A DNA stretch of 64,000 nucleotides from Lama glama (taxonomy: Eukaryota), in contig CM052817.1 in assembly GCA_028534125.1 (NCBI GenBank), forward strand, positions 21,454,001 to 21,518,000, read 5' to 3'. The position numbers and the translations under genes were made by a program. The notes under the pieces are model-generated. The model made no database searches. It was not told the origin of the DNA and saw only the letters and a program-made list of their open reading frames with translations. Below, piece after piece: positions 1-12,900 of this stretch; within the stretch, counting starts at the first letter, position 1; each line of letters starts with the position of its first letter.

Positions 1-1972
1 AAGAAAGCTGGTAGCCTAGACCCATGGACTGACACCCGTCAACAACTTTCAGTGCCTCTCCCTCAGCACAGGCCAGGCTTGAAAAGTTTCCAGCCTTTCG
101 TTTCACAGCTTTGAGTTCAATTCACACTGGACCGTCTTTCCTGTTGCAGTGACTAGTGTCCATTTTTCTTTATCATTGACGATACATTGCTAGGTGGCCA
201 GAGCTGGCAGATCAAACTCAGACCACGGGTGATTGTGTGGGGTCCTCTCATTGCAACTATTTCAGGAGCATGAAGACCTACCCTGTAATATGATGCCATC
301 CACATAAACTCCACTTCATACCATATTTTGAGATTAAATATTATAAACGTGAATGTTTAATTTCTAAAAAGCATCAGTGTAGCTGGAGTTGATGCTCAAA
401 ACAGAAGAACTGACTTCCTAACATGTTCGATTTGACTAAGAAAGCAAATTCCTTACTTTAAGGCAGGTAGTACCCACTCTACATCTTCAAAGTTCAGGTG
501 GATTTAATGTGTGATACCTTTGTTATGAATGATGGGAGTCCAGAAAACTGTAGCTAACTAGAGTATACAAGTACTATTCCAACAACATTCGAATGTAGAA
601 TAATAAATTCCCAACCAATATGTAAGTTAATTTTGAGCCTTAGCTGGCTATGTTTTTACCCCTGGTTTAAGATAATAATTACGTACACAGAAAAAACTGT
701 TTGGAGTCATTAGTTTGCTATTAATTGCTATTGTCTATTAAATTCCTCTATATGTTTTTAAAACTGTTTCTTTTTAAATTAAGGGTTGAATCAACATAGA
801 AAAACATAAAATGATTTTTTGTATCTGGTGTGTTTATAAATTTAGCTTTAAATATATGCTATATCTGAAGAAATAATGTATTTCTTTATTTTAACATAAT
901 TTCAGGGCTTTCTTATTATTATTTCACTAGGTTATCAAAGATATATGAAAGCTGTAACTATATCAGATACTGAGAATAAGAGTATTCGGTACAATTTGAG
1001 AGTTTTGAATACATCAACTATATAGCCAACAACAACAAAAATCTTTGCTAAAACTGTACTCTCAGAAATTTAATTCACCTAACCAATATCAAAATAAAAA
1101 CACATTTTAAACATCAATTCAATTTTCAGTCTCTTCACCTTTGGTGTGAATTAGTTCACACAGACTTATTTTTCTAAAAGTTAAGGACAAAAAAAAAAGT
1201 TAGGAACAAGCAATTGTGAGGTTTGTGCGTATTTATTATAGTTTTGTTTGAAAGGAGTAAGTGTTGGACTTCAAGTCTGTACTAGGAAACCTGATGTCAG
1301 GAGAAGGGCTGTGCCAAAATCTAGGAGATACCATGTGAGCCAAACACAGGAAGGAGTCAGAGGCAAACAATCTACTTGAAAATTTCCCAGCGAAAGTCTT
1401 AGGTATAAAGTTGGCCTTGTTAACTGCACTAAACAAATACTATCAGAATGGCTGGGGAACCTGAGACTCATGGTCATTTCACACCGATTTATGTGAGGTA
1501 TTTACTGACAGCCTATGATATTTAAGGTCTTATGCTTTGTACAAAGTTTGAAAAGGCATTATTAAAGAAGCTAAAACATTTACACAAATAAGTAGGATGA
1601 AGGACCATATGTAAGTAATCAGTCCTCTTATTTTTATTTCTAAGTTCATCCATTTCCTTTCTCCCATGTAGAACATTCAGAAATGTTGAAAGAATATATT
1701 GGAAAATTATCAGAGCTTTGGTGAACAGGTTGCATAGCTGCTCATTCTTAGCAGAAGCTGTGGATAGTATATTGTAAACAATTTTTAAAGGCAGTGTTTA
1801 AATGGAAAGATTTTTAAGACCTTGATGAAAAATGTAAAGGAAAAAGTGTAAAAGAAATACCATACGGCAGGCAGAGAAGTCCACAGAAGATGGTATTCTG
1901 TAGCTTTGTATCTTTAGACCCCAAATCTTACTGCTGGATTCTACTCTCAGTCTTCTTTCTCCTGATAGATGA

Positions 1973-2250
1973 CTTACATTTTTTTCCTATTGAAGTAGGT
2001 ACAATCAATTTACAATGTTGTGTTAATCTCTGGTGTACAGCATAGTGATTCAGTTATACACACATATATATATATTCTTTTTCATAATAAGTTACTACAA
2101 GATATTAAATATAGTTCTCTGTTCTATACAGTAGGACCAGTTGTTTACCTATTTTATATATAGCAGTTAGTATCTGCAAATCCTGAACTCCCAACTTATT
2201 CCTCCCTGACTCTTCCCCTCTGGAAACCATAAGTTTGTTTTCTAGGTCTT
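1973..2250 (-). mobile_element. 5'-truncated L1 3' end, cetartiodactyl/camelid-type, with 11-bp TSD
   Basis: T-tract then attgaagt...tttacaatgttgtgttaatctctggtgtacagcatagtgattcagttatac (antisense L1 3'UTR); flanked by direct repeat CTGATAGATGA at 1962-1972 and 2251-2261. Confidence 0.9.
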
Positions 2251-2363
2251 CTGATAGATGATGCTGGGTGACATACTACTTCTTAATACTGAGTAGCTGA
2301 AAAACTACCTAATATGTGTGTGCTCCAAACATTTCAGATATAAAAAAGGAAGAAGCAAAACCT

Positions 2364-2385
2364 AAAAAAAAAAAAAAAAAAAAAA
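2364..2385. repeat. poly(A)22 tract
   Basis: Uninterrupted A run. Confidence 0.95.
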
Positions 2386-3572
2386 GAAGACTTTAAGAGA
2401 ATAGTAGGCCAATTCTTCATGTGGCACATGCTTCTTACCCCTCTCTACCCTCATACCTCCCAGAGGTCAATTCATCTCCTCTGGAAGCAGTGGTGGGTCA
2501 TAGGGAGGGAAACTAATGTGAGTAGCTGTGGAACCATCACACAGAAGCCCGGCATGAGCAAAATGCTGGGACTCCAGGGACATCTAGTCTGCTAGCAAGA
2601 CTCACGTTCAGATTACCCAAGGAAATACTGAAGTGATACAAAGGCTTCAGTAAATAATGCCATCTAACCTGAAAAATCCAGGATGCCGTATATAGATACC
2701 GACTGTCTAAACAATGGAGTTTGAAGAGGAAGAGAAAAATTTGGTGGGATTAGGAAGAAAAGATTTGGAAAATACTCAAATAATAGAAGTAGTAGTTAAC
2801 CTCCGAGAGACTTTTTCATGAATAATCTGCCTCAGGAAAAGATCTAGGACACTGGAAGTAAGTACACTGGAGAAACATATTATCATGTGTGGTTTAAATA
2901 ACACAGTGTGACTGAGCTGAAGGTACCTTTCACCTATTACATGATTCTCAGTTTAAAACACTGAGGCAAAGCTGAAGGACCATTTATTCAATTCACAACA
3001 AATGAAAATGTACAGAACCAATGTGCCCTAAAAATAATCATACCAAGTTAATATTTAATAATTTGAAATCAAGCAGTGGCTTTTAAAAAGAAAAATCTGC
3101 ATTCAGTTACCAAATTGGAGCACACCTAGTTCACATGGTTATCTCCTACTGAATTACACTCTTCATAATATTTTCTATTTTAAATTGACTCACAGACTCA
3201 AGAAAACCAATGCTATGAATGAAAAGATGCGGAGAAATGAAGACATTTTTATTCCATCAATAAGAGTCCAAAAGGATAGAGCAAATAAAACTAGTTCTAA
3301 TAGGATTATCTACTGATATTATTAAGATCCAGTAAAAATGGAGGAAATCCAGGTTTAAATAAACCTATTGTTTAATTCACCTGCGTACAGTTTGCTTCTA
3401 GGATGTCTCTTTTCTTTCTCTCTTTCTCTATTTCTCTCTCTCTCTCTTTCCTTTGCATGGATAAATAAATTGCTCCAAAATTAGTTAGAAAATATAAATG
3501 AAAGAAATTTAACCTATATGATGACTCAACATTTACATTTTACACCTAAAATAATATCAAATATATTTAGAC

Positions 3573-3878
3573 CTGTGCAATTGTCATATATGGTGTTGAG
3601 CCCTTGAAAGGGCGTTGGGCATATTATGATATGCTAGATGCATAAAAAATACACAACCTGCCAGAACTGCACAAATAATTAAAGAAGAAAAAATAAAATA
3701 TCATTAACGATTCTTCTATTGATTACATGCAGAAAGGATAATATTTTGGCTATATTTGGTTAAATAAATATATTATTAGATCAGTATTACCCATTTCACT
3801 TTATACCTTTAAATGTGGCTAACGGAAAAATTTAAGTTCTATATGTGATTTACATTATATTTCTACTGGACAACACTG
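3573..3878 (-). mobile_element. MER33 (hAT-Charlie non-autonomous DNA transposon)
   Basis: Matches reverse complement of recalled MER33: ttgattacatg...ataatattttgg...ttaaataaatatattatt...aatgtggct...cattatatttctactggacaacactg terminus. Confidence 0.8.
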
Positions 3879-4947
3879 CTTTATAGTGCTAGGATATTAA
3901 TTAAGATATATTAGTAAAATATTTTAAAAAATGAAAATATTTGTTATTCTAGAGTCCATTTGATGTGATTTAGGACTAGATCTAATCTGATATTTAGAAC
4001 TCTTTAATAATGTAGTAAAATATATGGAAAATAGTTTGTATAAGAAATCACTTTGAAGTTACCTAACAGGAAACATGCCTGCAGCACTCTGTTTCAAAAC
4101 TTTATATAATGTATGAGTAGTACATACAACCAAAATTAGGAACGACAGGTTGGATTTTTAGCATTTGGAGTTTAAGATTTATAGAAATATGATGACTTCC
4201 AGGTCTATGAAGCAGATGTTCCAAAACCTGACTTCTTAGTTCCTTTCCCTTTTCTCCTTCAGTGATGTTGTTCTTCACCCTCACTTCAACCACCCATCAT
4301 CTTAGTCATAGCCCACATTTTTTCCTGCAATTATTTTAATACTCTCCTCCCATAGTCTCAGTTTCATACATTCTGCTCTCTGACCACCTCATCCTAGTGT
4401 TCCAGTTTTTCCCTCCCAATATTCCAACTTCTGTAGTCACTCAACATACTGGAAACTAAAGTATGGGTCTTACCACCGCTCTATAGACATCAGTTTCACT
4501 TCTTCCCACCTTGTACAACTTACAGTTCACGATAAATCATTAAAATCACTTCCCTATTACTGACCTTCTTTTCAACCTCTGTGAGGAAAGCAATACTTTC
4601 TCCAAGCCTCCACTGCCATAACAATCTTCTACATTGTGTTAAAAGTTGATCTTTCCTGTCTTCTGGGTATTTGTCACTAAAGCTCTGTGACACAATGTAT
4701 CTTCAGGGAGTAGTAAGGGATTTGTCAAACAGACACTCAAATAACCGTTTAAAAATGAGAAAATAAAAGGATAAACAATAGAGGTATTCCCCCTCCTATT
4801 TTACCAGATAACTTTCCTCTGTATTTGCAAAACAAAACATTATCAATTTCCACTTGATTGTTTTTTTTCAAGAATTTCATTTTCCTTCAAGAATATTTTA
4901 TTTATTTTTAGTCATAAACGTAGAAGCTGCCACTTAAGGAGAATAAC

Positions 4948-5532
4948 TATTACTGGAGAATTGGTTCTTGCCTCATGCAGGAAAAGAATTTAAGAGCAAG
5001 ACACAGTAAGTAAAGTGAAGGCAAGTTTATTTAGAGAGATACACGCTCTATAGACAGAGTATGATGTGTCTCACTCAGAAGGGAGAGCGGCTTAGGAGAT
5101 ACACATTCCATAGGCAGAGTGAGGGCCACCTCAAAAAGAGAGGCTGAGAGTTGACGGGGAGGGGTTTAGTTCAAAGTAAAATTAGGTACACAATCCACAG
5201 ACAGAGCGTGGGTCACCTCAGAAGGCAAGAGAGAGAGTAGCCATGTTATTAGTTTTTATGGGCTAGGTAATTTCATATGCTGGAGTAGAAGAATTATTCT
5301 AACCAGTTTGGGGAAGGGGGGCAGGGATTTCCAGGAATTGGGGCCCGACCCACTCTGGGACCTTTTATGGTCAGCCTGGAAACTGTCATAGCACCTGTTG
5401 GTGTGCCATAAAGTTCAAGGTCTACTGGAAGTCAAAATTTCTGACATCTTGGTTCTAATCAGTTTGTCCTATTCTCAATTGCTTTGTCATTCCTTCAATG
5501 GTTGTCCCCTGCCCCCTTTCCTTCCTGTCTCA
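4948..5532 (-). mobile_element. ERV1 solo LTR, MER41-like
   Basis: Ends tattac...tctca, 4-bp TSD TAAC (4944-4947/5533-5536), antisense poly(A) signal TTTATT 5026-5031 in MER41-type context aataaacttgccttcactttact; homologous to 7476-7952. Confidence 0.85.
5329..5337. promoter_or_regulatory. STAT GAS motif TTCCAGGAA within MER41-like LTR
   Basis: Exact TTCN3GAA match; function untested. Confidence 0.5.
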
Positions 5533-6319
5533 TAACCACTAAGTTAAAATAATTTGTAAGAAAGATGATATGTGAAATTGACTATTTATCATTTTCAATA
5601 AAAAAATTGTCTAATATAGTATTTCATTTAACTTATTAACCATTTTCTTGATATCAATTTTATAAATTTTGTGAAATATTTTATATTATTACTCACTTAG
5701 GTGGAAATATTTTACTTACATATCTTTGAATTTGTTTTCCTTTACTAAAATTGATCTTTAAAGAAATATCTTTATAGACACATAATTTTCACACTACTCC
5801 CCATATTAAACGGTAGATAAGACTTTCTTCTTGACACATGGTCCATAAGAGTTTCATAAATTAAAAATTAAAGTACATGAGTCATTCAATGTAAGAATTT
5901 CCAGAGACATTAGAAATTATCTATTCTACTTTCCTGATACCTACTTATTACAACAAATTCAACAAAGTGTTATATATTTACCTGCATTTATTGACAGACT
6001 GCTGTTGATTATTTCAAAATTTGTTTCAAAGTACATAATTTTAGATATGAAACATAGTTTCGTATCACTTTGTTCTAATACCATGTAACACATGAGGAAA
6101 CTGCCACCCAATGGGTCCAAAGCTTTGCTCATTAAGTAGACAAGTAATGCTAAATTACATCCCATAAACTCAAACCAAAGTTCTCTGACAATTCGTTGTA
6201 ACAAATTATCTTCATGAATCAAGAATTTGCTTTTAACATTTTGCTTTAGGAGCATATATGTCTAAGAACTAAAAGGAGTTAGCATATTTTTTAATTTAAT
6301 ATAATTAAACTAGTATTTA

Positions 6320-6700
6320 GAGAGATTCTGTGTGAAAGTTAATAGACACAGTGCTGAGAATGAAGAAAATCACTCTGATCACACTGGTTTCTGCTCTCAA
6401 GGAGCTTATTGTCATGGGACAAGGCAGGCTGGTGTTGCAGGTGGTATAAGAATTTACCAGAGATGAAGGAAGAGAATAATAAAGGGGTTTATCATATACA
6501 ACAGCGGGCTGCAAAGAGGAGAGGTGCCTGTGTGAGCACTAGGGGTTGCTTGCTGAGGGAGGGTTACATCTGGTACCGCACAAGATTTGATTGGTTGTAG
6601 GTGAGGTGAGAAGTTTAGGGTCAATGAAAGGCAGTGGGATATGACTCTGAAAAGGTGGAGACGTGGGCAGAAAGGAACTGAGCCAGTGTGAGATTAGGCA
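6320..6700 (-). mobile_element. L2 3'-region fragment (ancient)
   Basis: cacagtgctgagaatgaag...tctgctctcaaggagcttattgtc resembles antisense L2 3' end; boundaries approximate. Confidence 0.5.
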
Positions 6701-7004
6701 CTACCTAGGACTATTAGTTTGTTAGGGTAAACGTGCCCAGTAAAGAATGTATTTTATCTGTTGAGGGATCTCATGCAGGCATCTGGGAGACCAGTGGTCA
6801 TTACACTCTGAAGGATGCCAGTTGACCCCACACTTGTAACCCCATTTGGCCTCAAAGAAGACATATACAATTAGTCTGTGACTCCAAAATTAAAATAAAC
6901 CAGCTGTATTTAATAAAAAGTAAATGATTTGCCTCAAAATCTTTTATGTGACAAATGCTTTGAGAATATTTCTGCATTCAGTTTTTAATAGTGATTCAAA
7001 TCCA

Positions 7005-7225
7005 GTGTATTACAGTAGACAGAAACTTTGAACCAGACAGACATAAGTTTAAATCAGTTTCTGCAACTTCGCTCTGGGCAGTATTTTAACCTCTTTTCAA
7101 TATTGGTTTCTTAATTTTTAAAGTGTAAATAAATATCACTCTTTCAGGACAACTGTAACATTTACATGTAAGATTTACATGAGCCATACACAGTACTCGG
7201 ACAGCATCTGGCATTCAAAAAAACA
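7005..7225 (+). mobile_element. MIR SINE
   Basis: ctttgaaccagacagacataagtttaaatc...ctgggcagtattttaacctctt...tttcttaatttttaaagtg resembles MIR core. Confidence 0.65.
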
Positions 7226-7475
7226 GGTATTTCTCTGGTGTTATGTTTAGGTAGTAACAGATGCATGTTGTTAAGATTCCTAGACACACAGTAGAACTTA
7301 AAATAGAAAAAAAAGAAAAAGAAAGAAAGAAAAAGACTAGATATTTTTTCCAAAACCTAATCAGATTGTATCAACTAACATTTAAGTGTTTCAGAGAACT
7401 AGGGTAAAAACAACAAAAGTGGTCAAGATTTAAGAGAGAGAAAAAATGCTTCCCTCAGGGATTTTCAATGACTTA

Positions 7476-7952
7476 TGAGATAGGAGGAAAGAGGTCAGGG
7501 CACAACCATTAAAGGAATGACATAGCAGATGGGGATAGCACAGACTAGCTGGAACCAAGATGGCAGAATATGCAACTTCCAGTAGACTTTGAGCCTCATG
7601 GCACATCCACAGGCACCATGACGGTTCCCAGGGTGACATTAGAAGGTCAAAAGGTGGGGGGGGGGGCAATTCCAGAAATTCTCACCCCTTCCCCAACATA
7701 ATCCTCCCACTCATTACCATATGAATTACCCTGCCCATACAAACTAAAAACCCCACCCCTTGTTAGTTTTGCCTCCTGAGATGGCCCTCATTCTGCTATT
7801 GAATGTGTTCCAAGCCGCTCTCCCTTCTAAGTAAGACTGACTGCACTCTCTCTATGGAGTGTGCATCTCTCTAAATAAACTTGCTTTCACTTTACTAGGC
7901 CTCGCTCTTCAATTCTTTCCTGCGTGAGACAAGAGCCTATTCTTGGGCAACA
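7476..7952 (+). mobile_element. ERV1 solo LTR, MER41-like
   Basis: TG...CA ends; MER41-type blocks tgagataggagg, aaccaagatggc, tctctatggagt, AATAAA 7874-7879 followed by cttgctttcactttact and aattctttcctgcgtgaga; TSD imperfect. Confidence 0.85.
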
Positions 7953-7987
7953 CTACTTAAAGAATCAAATAAAAATTCACAGAAGTC

Positions 7988-8165
7988 ACAGAATTATACA
8001 GGTAGAAATGAGTTGAGAAATTATATAACACAAATCTCTTGTTTTACAGCAGAAGAAACCAAGGTCAAGAGCACTTGGATTAATTACTAGAGTCAACATA
8101 GTGAGCTGAAGACTTGCAAAGTTTCCAGACTCGCTGCCAGGTCCTCTTACAAGACAATAAACTAC
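7988..8165 (-). mobile_element. MIR/MIR3 SINE
   Basis: ttttacagcagaagaaaccaaggtcaagag = antisense MIR core. Confidence 0.6.
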
Positions 8166-8905
8166 CCTACTTGAAAAAACAGGTGCTCTAACATAATACA
8201 CAATGTAAGCCAGAAAAAAAAAAAGAAGCAGGAATGCTACAAAAAGCAGAAGTAAGAAGCTTAAAAAGAACTTACAGGTAAAATATAGGTAATTATAAAC
8301 TCCATACTGCTCGGTTTTTATCTTTACCACACCTTCCAAATGGAATTTATATAATGTTCATCCCAATTATTTTATTAAGGTCATTCAATTCTAAGGAGTT
8401 ACTTACTCATTGATGAATGTGATATTTTTGAGACTGTTTAGTTACTGCAATTATTAATATTTAACGTATAATCAAAGAACCATTATTCCTTACTGACAAA
8501 ATCTCTGAATGGCCCATGATAACCTGCCTTTTTGTGACATTCTTAAAACAGTGATTTGCCATACATGTATACCATATTTGTAATTAAGGTACACATGAAA
8601 ATCTAGACATCTTTGTTTATGAAATACTTTATTCAAAGTTTATAAATGTGACACTGAATATCTGTTATGTCCTGATCTACGGTAAGGAGTGAAGTGTATA
8701 TTCAAACTCAATGGAAAATAACATCTTGTTTTAAAGTAAAAAACAAACAAACAAACAAAATAAAAAAAACCTCTTTATCTACCACATTTATTTACAATAA
8801 ATATAACATTGGGGACATTAAATCATCAGTATAATTATATTGGTCTGAAAACATTCTAAAAAGCATGTGTGCGTATTTGACATGAAAACTTTAAAAAATT
8901 AGTTG

Positions 8906-9915
8906 TTTTTTTTTTTAAGAGCAGTTTTAGGTTTAGAACAAAATTGAGCAGAAGGTACAAAGGTGTCCCATATGCCCCCTGCCCCTAGGGATGCATAACT
9001 TTCCCCATTATCAACATCTTCCACCGAGTAATACATTTGTTACAGTTGTTGAACTGTTGACACCTCATCACTCAATGTCTATAGTTTATATTAGGGGTCA
9101 CTCTTGGTGTTATTCTATGGGTTTGAACAAATGTACAATGATGTGTACCTACCATTGTAGTATGACACAGAGCATTTTCACTTACTTAAAAATCCTCTGT
9201 GCTCCCACTTATTCATTCCTCCCCTCCTCCTAACCTCTGGCAACTGCTAATCTATACTATTTTATAGTCTTGCCTTTTCCAGAATGTGATAGTGGGAACC
9301 ATACAGTATGCAGCCTTTTTAAATTTGCTTCTTTCACTTAGTAATATACTGAAGGTGACGAAAAATAATTTCCCCTTTACCCTTCCAGGTTTTTGGCTAA
9401 GACACTCCAAGTTGTAATAAAAGACAGATTAATAGGGGAAAAACAAGCAGAAGTTTTTTTTTTTTTAATAAACGTAAATATCTTTTACAAAATCACAGTT
9501 CTACTCAGTTTTTACAGCTTTTCCTATGTGTGCTGTTTCTTAAAAATAATCAGCCTAAAATAATCTTTATGCCAAAGACTTATATTTTACGGTAATAAGT
9601 TCTGCTTTCCTTAATTACATTTAAGTTTCCTCCATGACTTTTCATGGCTTGATACTGCATATCATTTTAGCTCTGGATAATATTCCATTATTTGGATGTA
9701 CCACAGTTTACTTCTACATTCACCTCTTGAAGGACATTTTGGGTGGCTCCAAGTTTTGGCAATAATGAATAAACCTGCTAAAAACATCCATGTGCAGGTA
9801 TTGTGTGAACATGAGTTTTCAACTCCTTTGGGTAAGCATCAAGAAGCATAACTGCTGGATCATGGCAAGATGTATTAAGTGGTAAGATTGTGGTAAGAGT
9901 ATGTTTAATTTCATA
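8906..9915 (-). mobile_element. L1MC1/2-type 3' end, interrupted by nested LTR
   Basis: T-tract + agagcagttttaggtttagaacaaaattgagcagaaggtac; resumes at ~9619 (atttaagtttcctccatg...atattccatt...gtaccacagttt). Confidence 0.9.
9350..9614 (-). mobile_element. MER34A-type ERV1 solo LTR, internally deleted, nested in L1
   Basis: Both recalled MER34A termini present (gaaaaataatttcccc...aaaagacagattaa; aaaataatcagcctaaaataatctttatgccaaaga); near-TSD ATAC/TTAC. Confidence 0.75.
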
Positions 9916-12900
9916 ATAATCTTTTAAATAAAATAGCTTGGACTAATTAAAAGAAACAAAATTAGCATCTTTTAGAATTAATTTTTTCCTCTTTCATTTA
10001 TCCCATCCTATTGAAAAACAAAAACGTAACAGAAAGTGAGGTATTTACTCTTAGAGGAAATGAACTTTTTTAGTTATTAAAAAAAAAACAAAACACACAG
10101 ACACTTGATCTTCTGTCAACCTTATGCTGACAGCAAAATTGCTTGGCATTAAAAGTGTATGTTATTCTTTTCTCTAGATATAAATTGTTTGAATGGTGTC
10201 ATGTATTAAATATTATTCAGCAGAAAAGAGTATAAAGAGAATACATTTCCACAAGTCTTACTGAAATTTATAAACCAAATATATATGTATTATATATAAT
10301 ATATATAGTTTAATGAAGCATATATTGCACAAAAATCCATTTTAGTTGAATTTAACAGGATCTTTAATTTTCAAGAGAGAATGTTAACTTTCTTCAATTG
10401 ATCTTTAAAATACATAGATGTTCCTCCAAATTCACATAATTATGTGCCCTACTCTAGGTTCTTTCAAGGGACTATAACTTGGGAACTGTATAATCATAAT
10501 ATAAATTCAGAGCTGGTAAGTAATACTCATAAAGAATTAACTGAAGGATCTATAATTCACCCATTTCCTGCAATTGTCCAATGTTTACTGCAGGATCTAG
10601 GTGGGCTACCAGAGAATTACATTATTGTCTGGACTTTCTGCAACTTCCTCAAATTGGAGTCATTTTAAATAAACATTCTTTTAACAACAGTCATCTCTTT
10701 CTGATACAGAGTCATTAAAATATCCACAAAACTAAAAATTACATCTGTTTTAGTATAATTATTCAAGATACAGATATAGATTCGGAAGCATTATAGAGGA
10801 TGTTTTCCTCAGAGCAAGTATTAAAAAAAGCATTGTCTTTCTAAAAAAGCTGGTATTAACTGGTTAGTATCATACATTGTCAACATATATTACTTTTTAC
10901 ATTTTGTTCCAGTAGTTAGTGAGCTCATATTTGGTTTATTTTTCAGCTTAAAAGATGAATATTGTGCAGAACCAGATAACATGAGCTTCTACTAACGCTC
11001 ATGATTCATATAACCTACAAATTAATTGTTTTAATTTATTCTAAAATTATTTTTCATTTCCCACATAATTATATTTAAGTGCTTATGATTTTAACAATTT
11101 TTATTTTGGCTTTATTCAAGGCAAGAAAAAGTTAATAAATACAATTTCAAAACCAAATGGCTTGATCAAAATGTACCTACCCACTTAGCATCCACAGTAA
11201 ATATTCTGACTGAAACCATTATATATTTTATTTTATCCTCTCAGTATATACTCATTGATAATTTTGACAGAATTATTAAAAATCACAGAATGCCTTAATA
11301 TTAGTCAAACACTTCTTTTCAAGAAAAATGGCTTCAAATTAACCGTATGCCTGTACACCAGAGATTTACATTTACTTGAAAAATGTTAAACTTACTGAAG
11401 CTAGAAGCTGCCTATATTTCCTGTGCTATACATAATATTTTGTACAAATAAGGGCTTCAAATATTTGTTGAATGTATGCTCAAAGTAATAAGCTGTATTA
11501 TCTTTTTTCAGTTTATTTTAAGATGAGGTTGAGAGATCATAATCTATGATATTTGAATATATTACATAAATAGCACAAAGTACTTTATTGGCATATTTAT
11601 TTGTTATGAAATTCTTACTATTTATACTTTTATCTCACAGAGAGATTCATGATGTGTCAAGTGCCTACAATAAACTTAATTCTTGATATATTGGATTATG
11701 GTGGCTTCTGCTCAGTTGATATAATATTTATGTTCTATGATTATCTTAGCTTTCTTAGCTTTGCATCAAATAATCAATATAGTCAAAATAAGAAAACATA
11801 TTATAGGAATATGTATCTTCAAATGGTCAAAATAAAATTGTTATGGGAAAAGTGTGCTCAAAGTATTTTATAAAACTGCATCAATTTCATTGTGCTTAGT
11901 TCTGTTACAATTATCCCTCTTCATTTAATTTGTATACTGTGAAAATTAAAATTTTATAAACCATATAATGTATTAATAAACACACTACCATCACCTAATC
12001 CTCAACTCAGCTAAACAGAGTTTTAAACATTATGAAATAACTATAATATTTCAATAAAATGACATTGTGCAATATCGTTGAAGCAGCAATTACCTTAGTA
12101 GATGATCTTGGCCAAAGAATGTCAAAGGGCATAAGGATAATGACTTGTATATAAAAAAGCAGTAAGACATAATAACCCTTAGTAAAATAATTACAAAATT
12201 GCATCGTAATATTCCTATTTCTTAAGGTAATAGATTTGTGAGGATAATATACGTTGAAAAGTATTACTACTTGTTCATGTCTCTCGGAACTTAGAAAATA
12301 ATTTTGTTTTTACCTAGTTTACTATGAAGTCCCAGGTTCTAAATTCTCGATAGACTTTTAAGAGACAAGAACCTTGATGGGGTGAAGACTGGGAACAAAC
12401 CATACATTTATTCATGACTACCCTGGAAGAGCTAAAGTAAACTCAACCAGAAACCTGGAAGACACCTCACAAAGAGGCTCTGAGGAGCTGAGATACTAGC
12501 CTTCTTACTGAATGAAATCATGAGCCATGTCTTTCTTAGACAGTAATAGTCACTGAAGTTGCCATAACCCAGAATATCTTAATTCATAAACTTGGATCCA
12601 CAGAAGTGATTACTATTCAAAATATTTTTGCTGAGTGTATAGTATATGATAATTTTTGTGAGATATACTGTAAATCCTACAATTATTAATGAGATTTTCT
12701 GATATATGAAAGGAAAAATGTATTATACAGACAGTGTAGAGAAGTACAAAGAAGAGATATGTCATAAAAGATGAAGGATGTTGGCTTTCTTTTAGAGAAT
12801 GGATGGAAGGTAAAAATGAACCACCACTGCACAAAAAAACTCTTGGCCAGTGGATAGAATTTAATAAATAAAATAAAACAACATAAAATATAACATAAAA

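Noticed and set aside
7986..8339. 117-aa hydrophobic ORF
   Set aside because: Overlaps MIR and A-rich sequence; non-ATG start; hydrophobicity reflects T-rich codons
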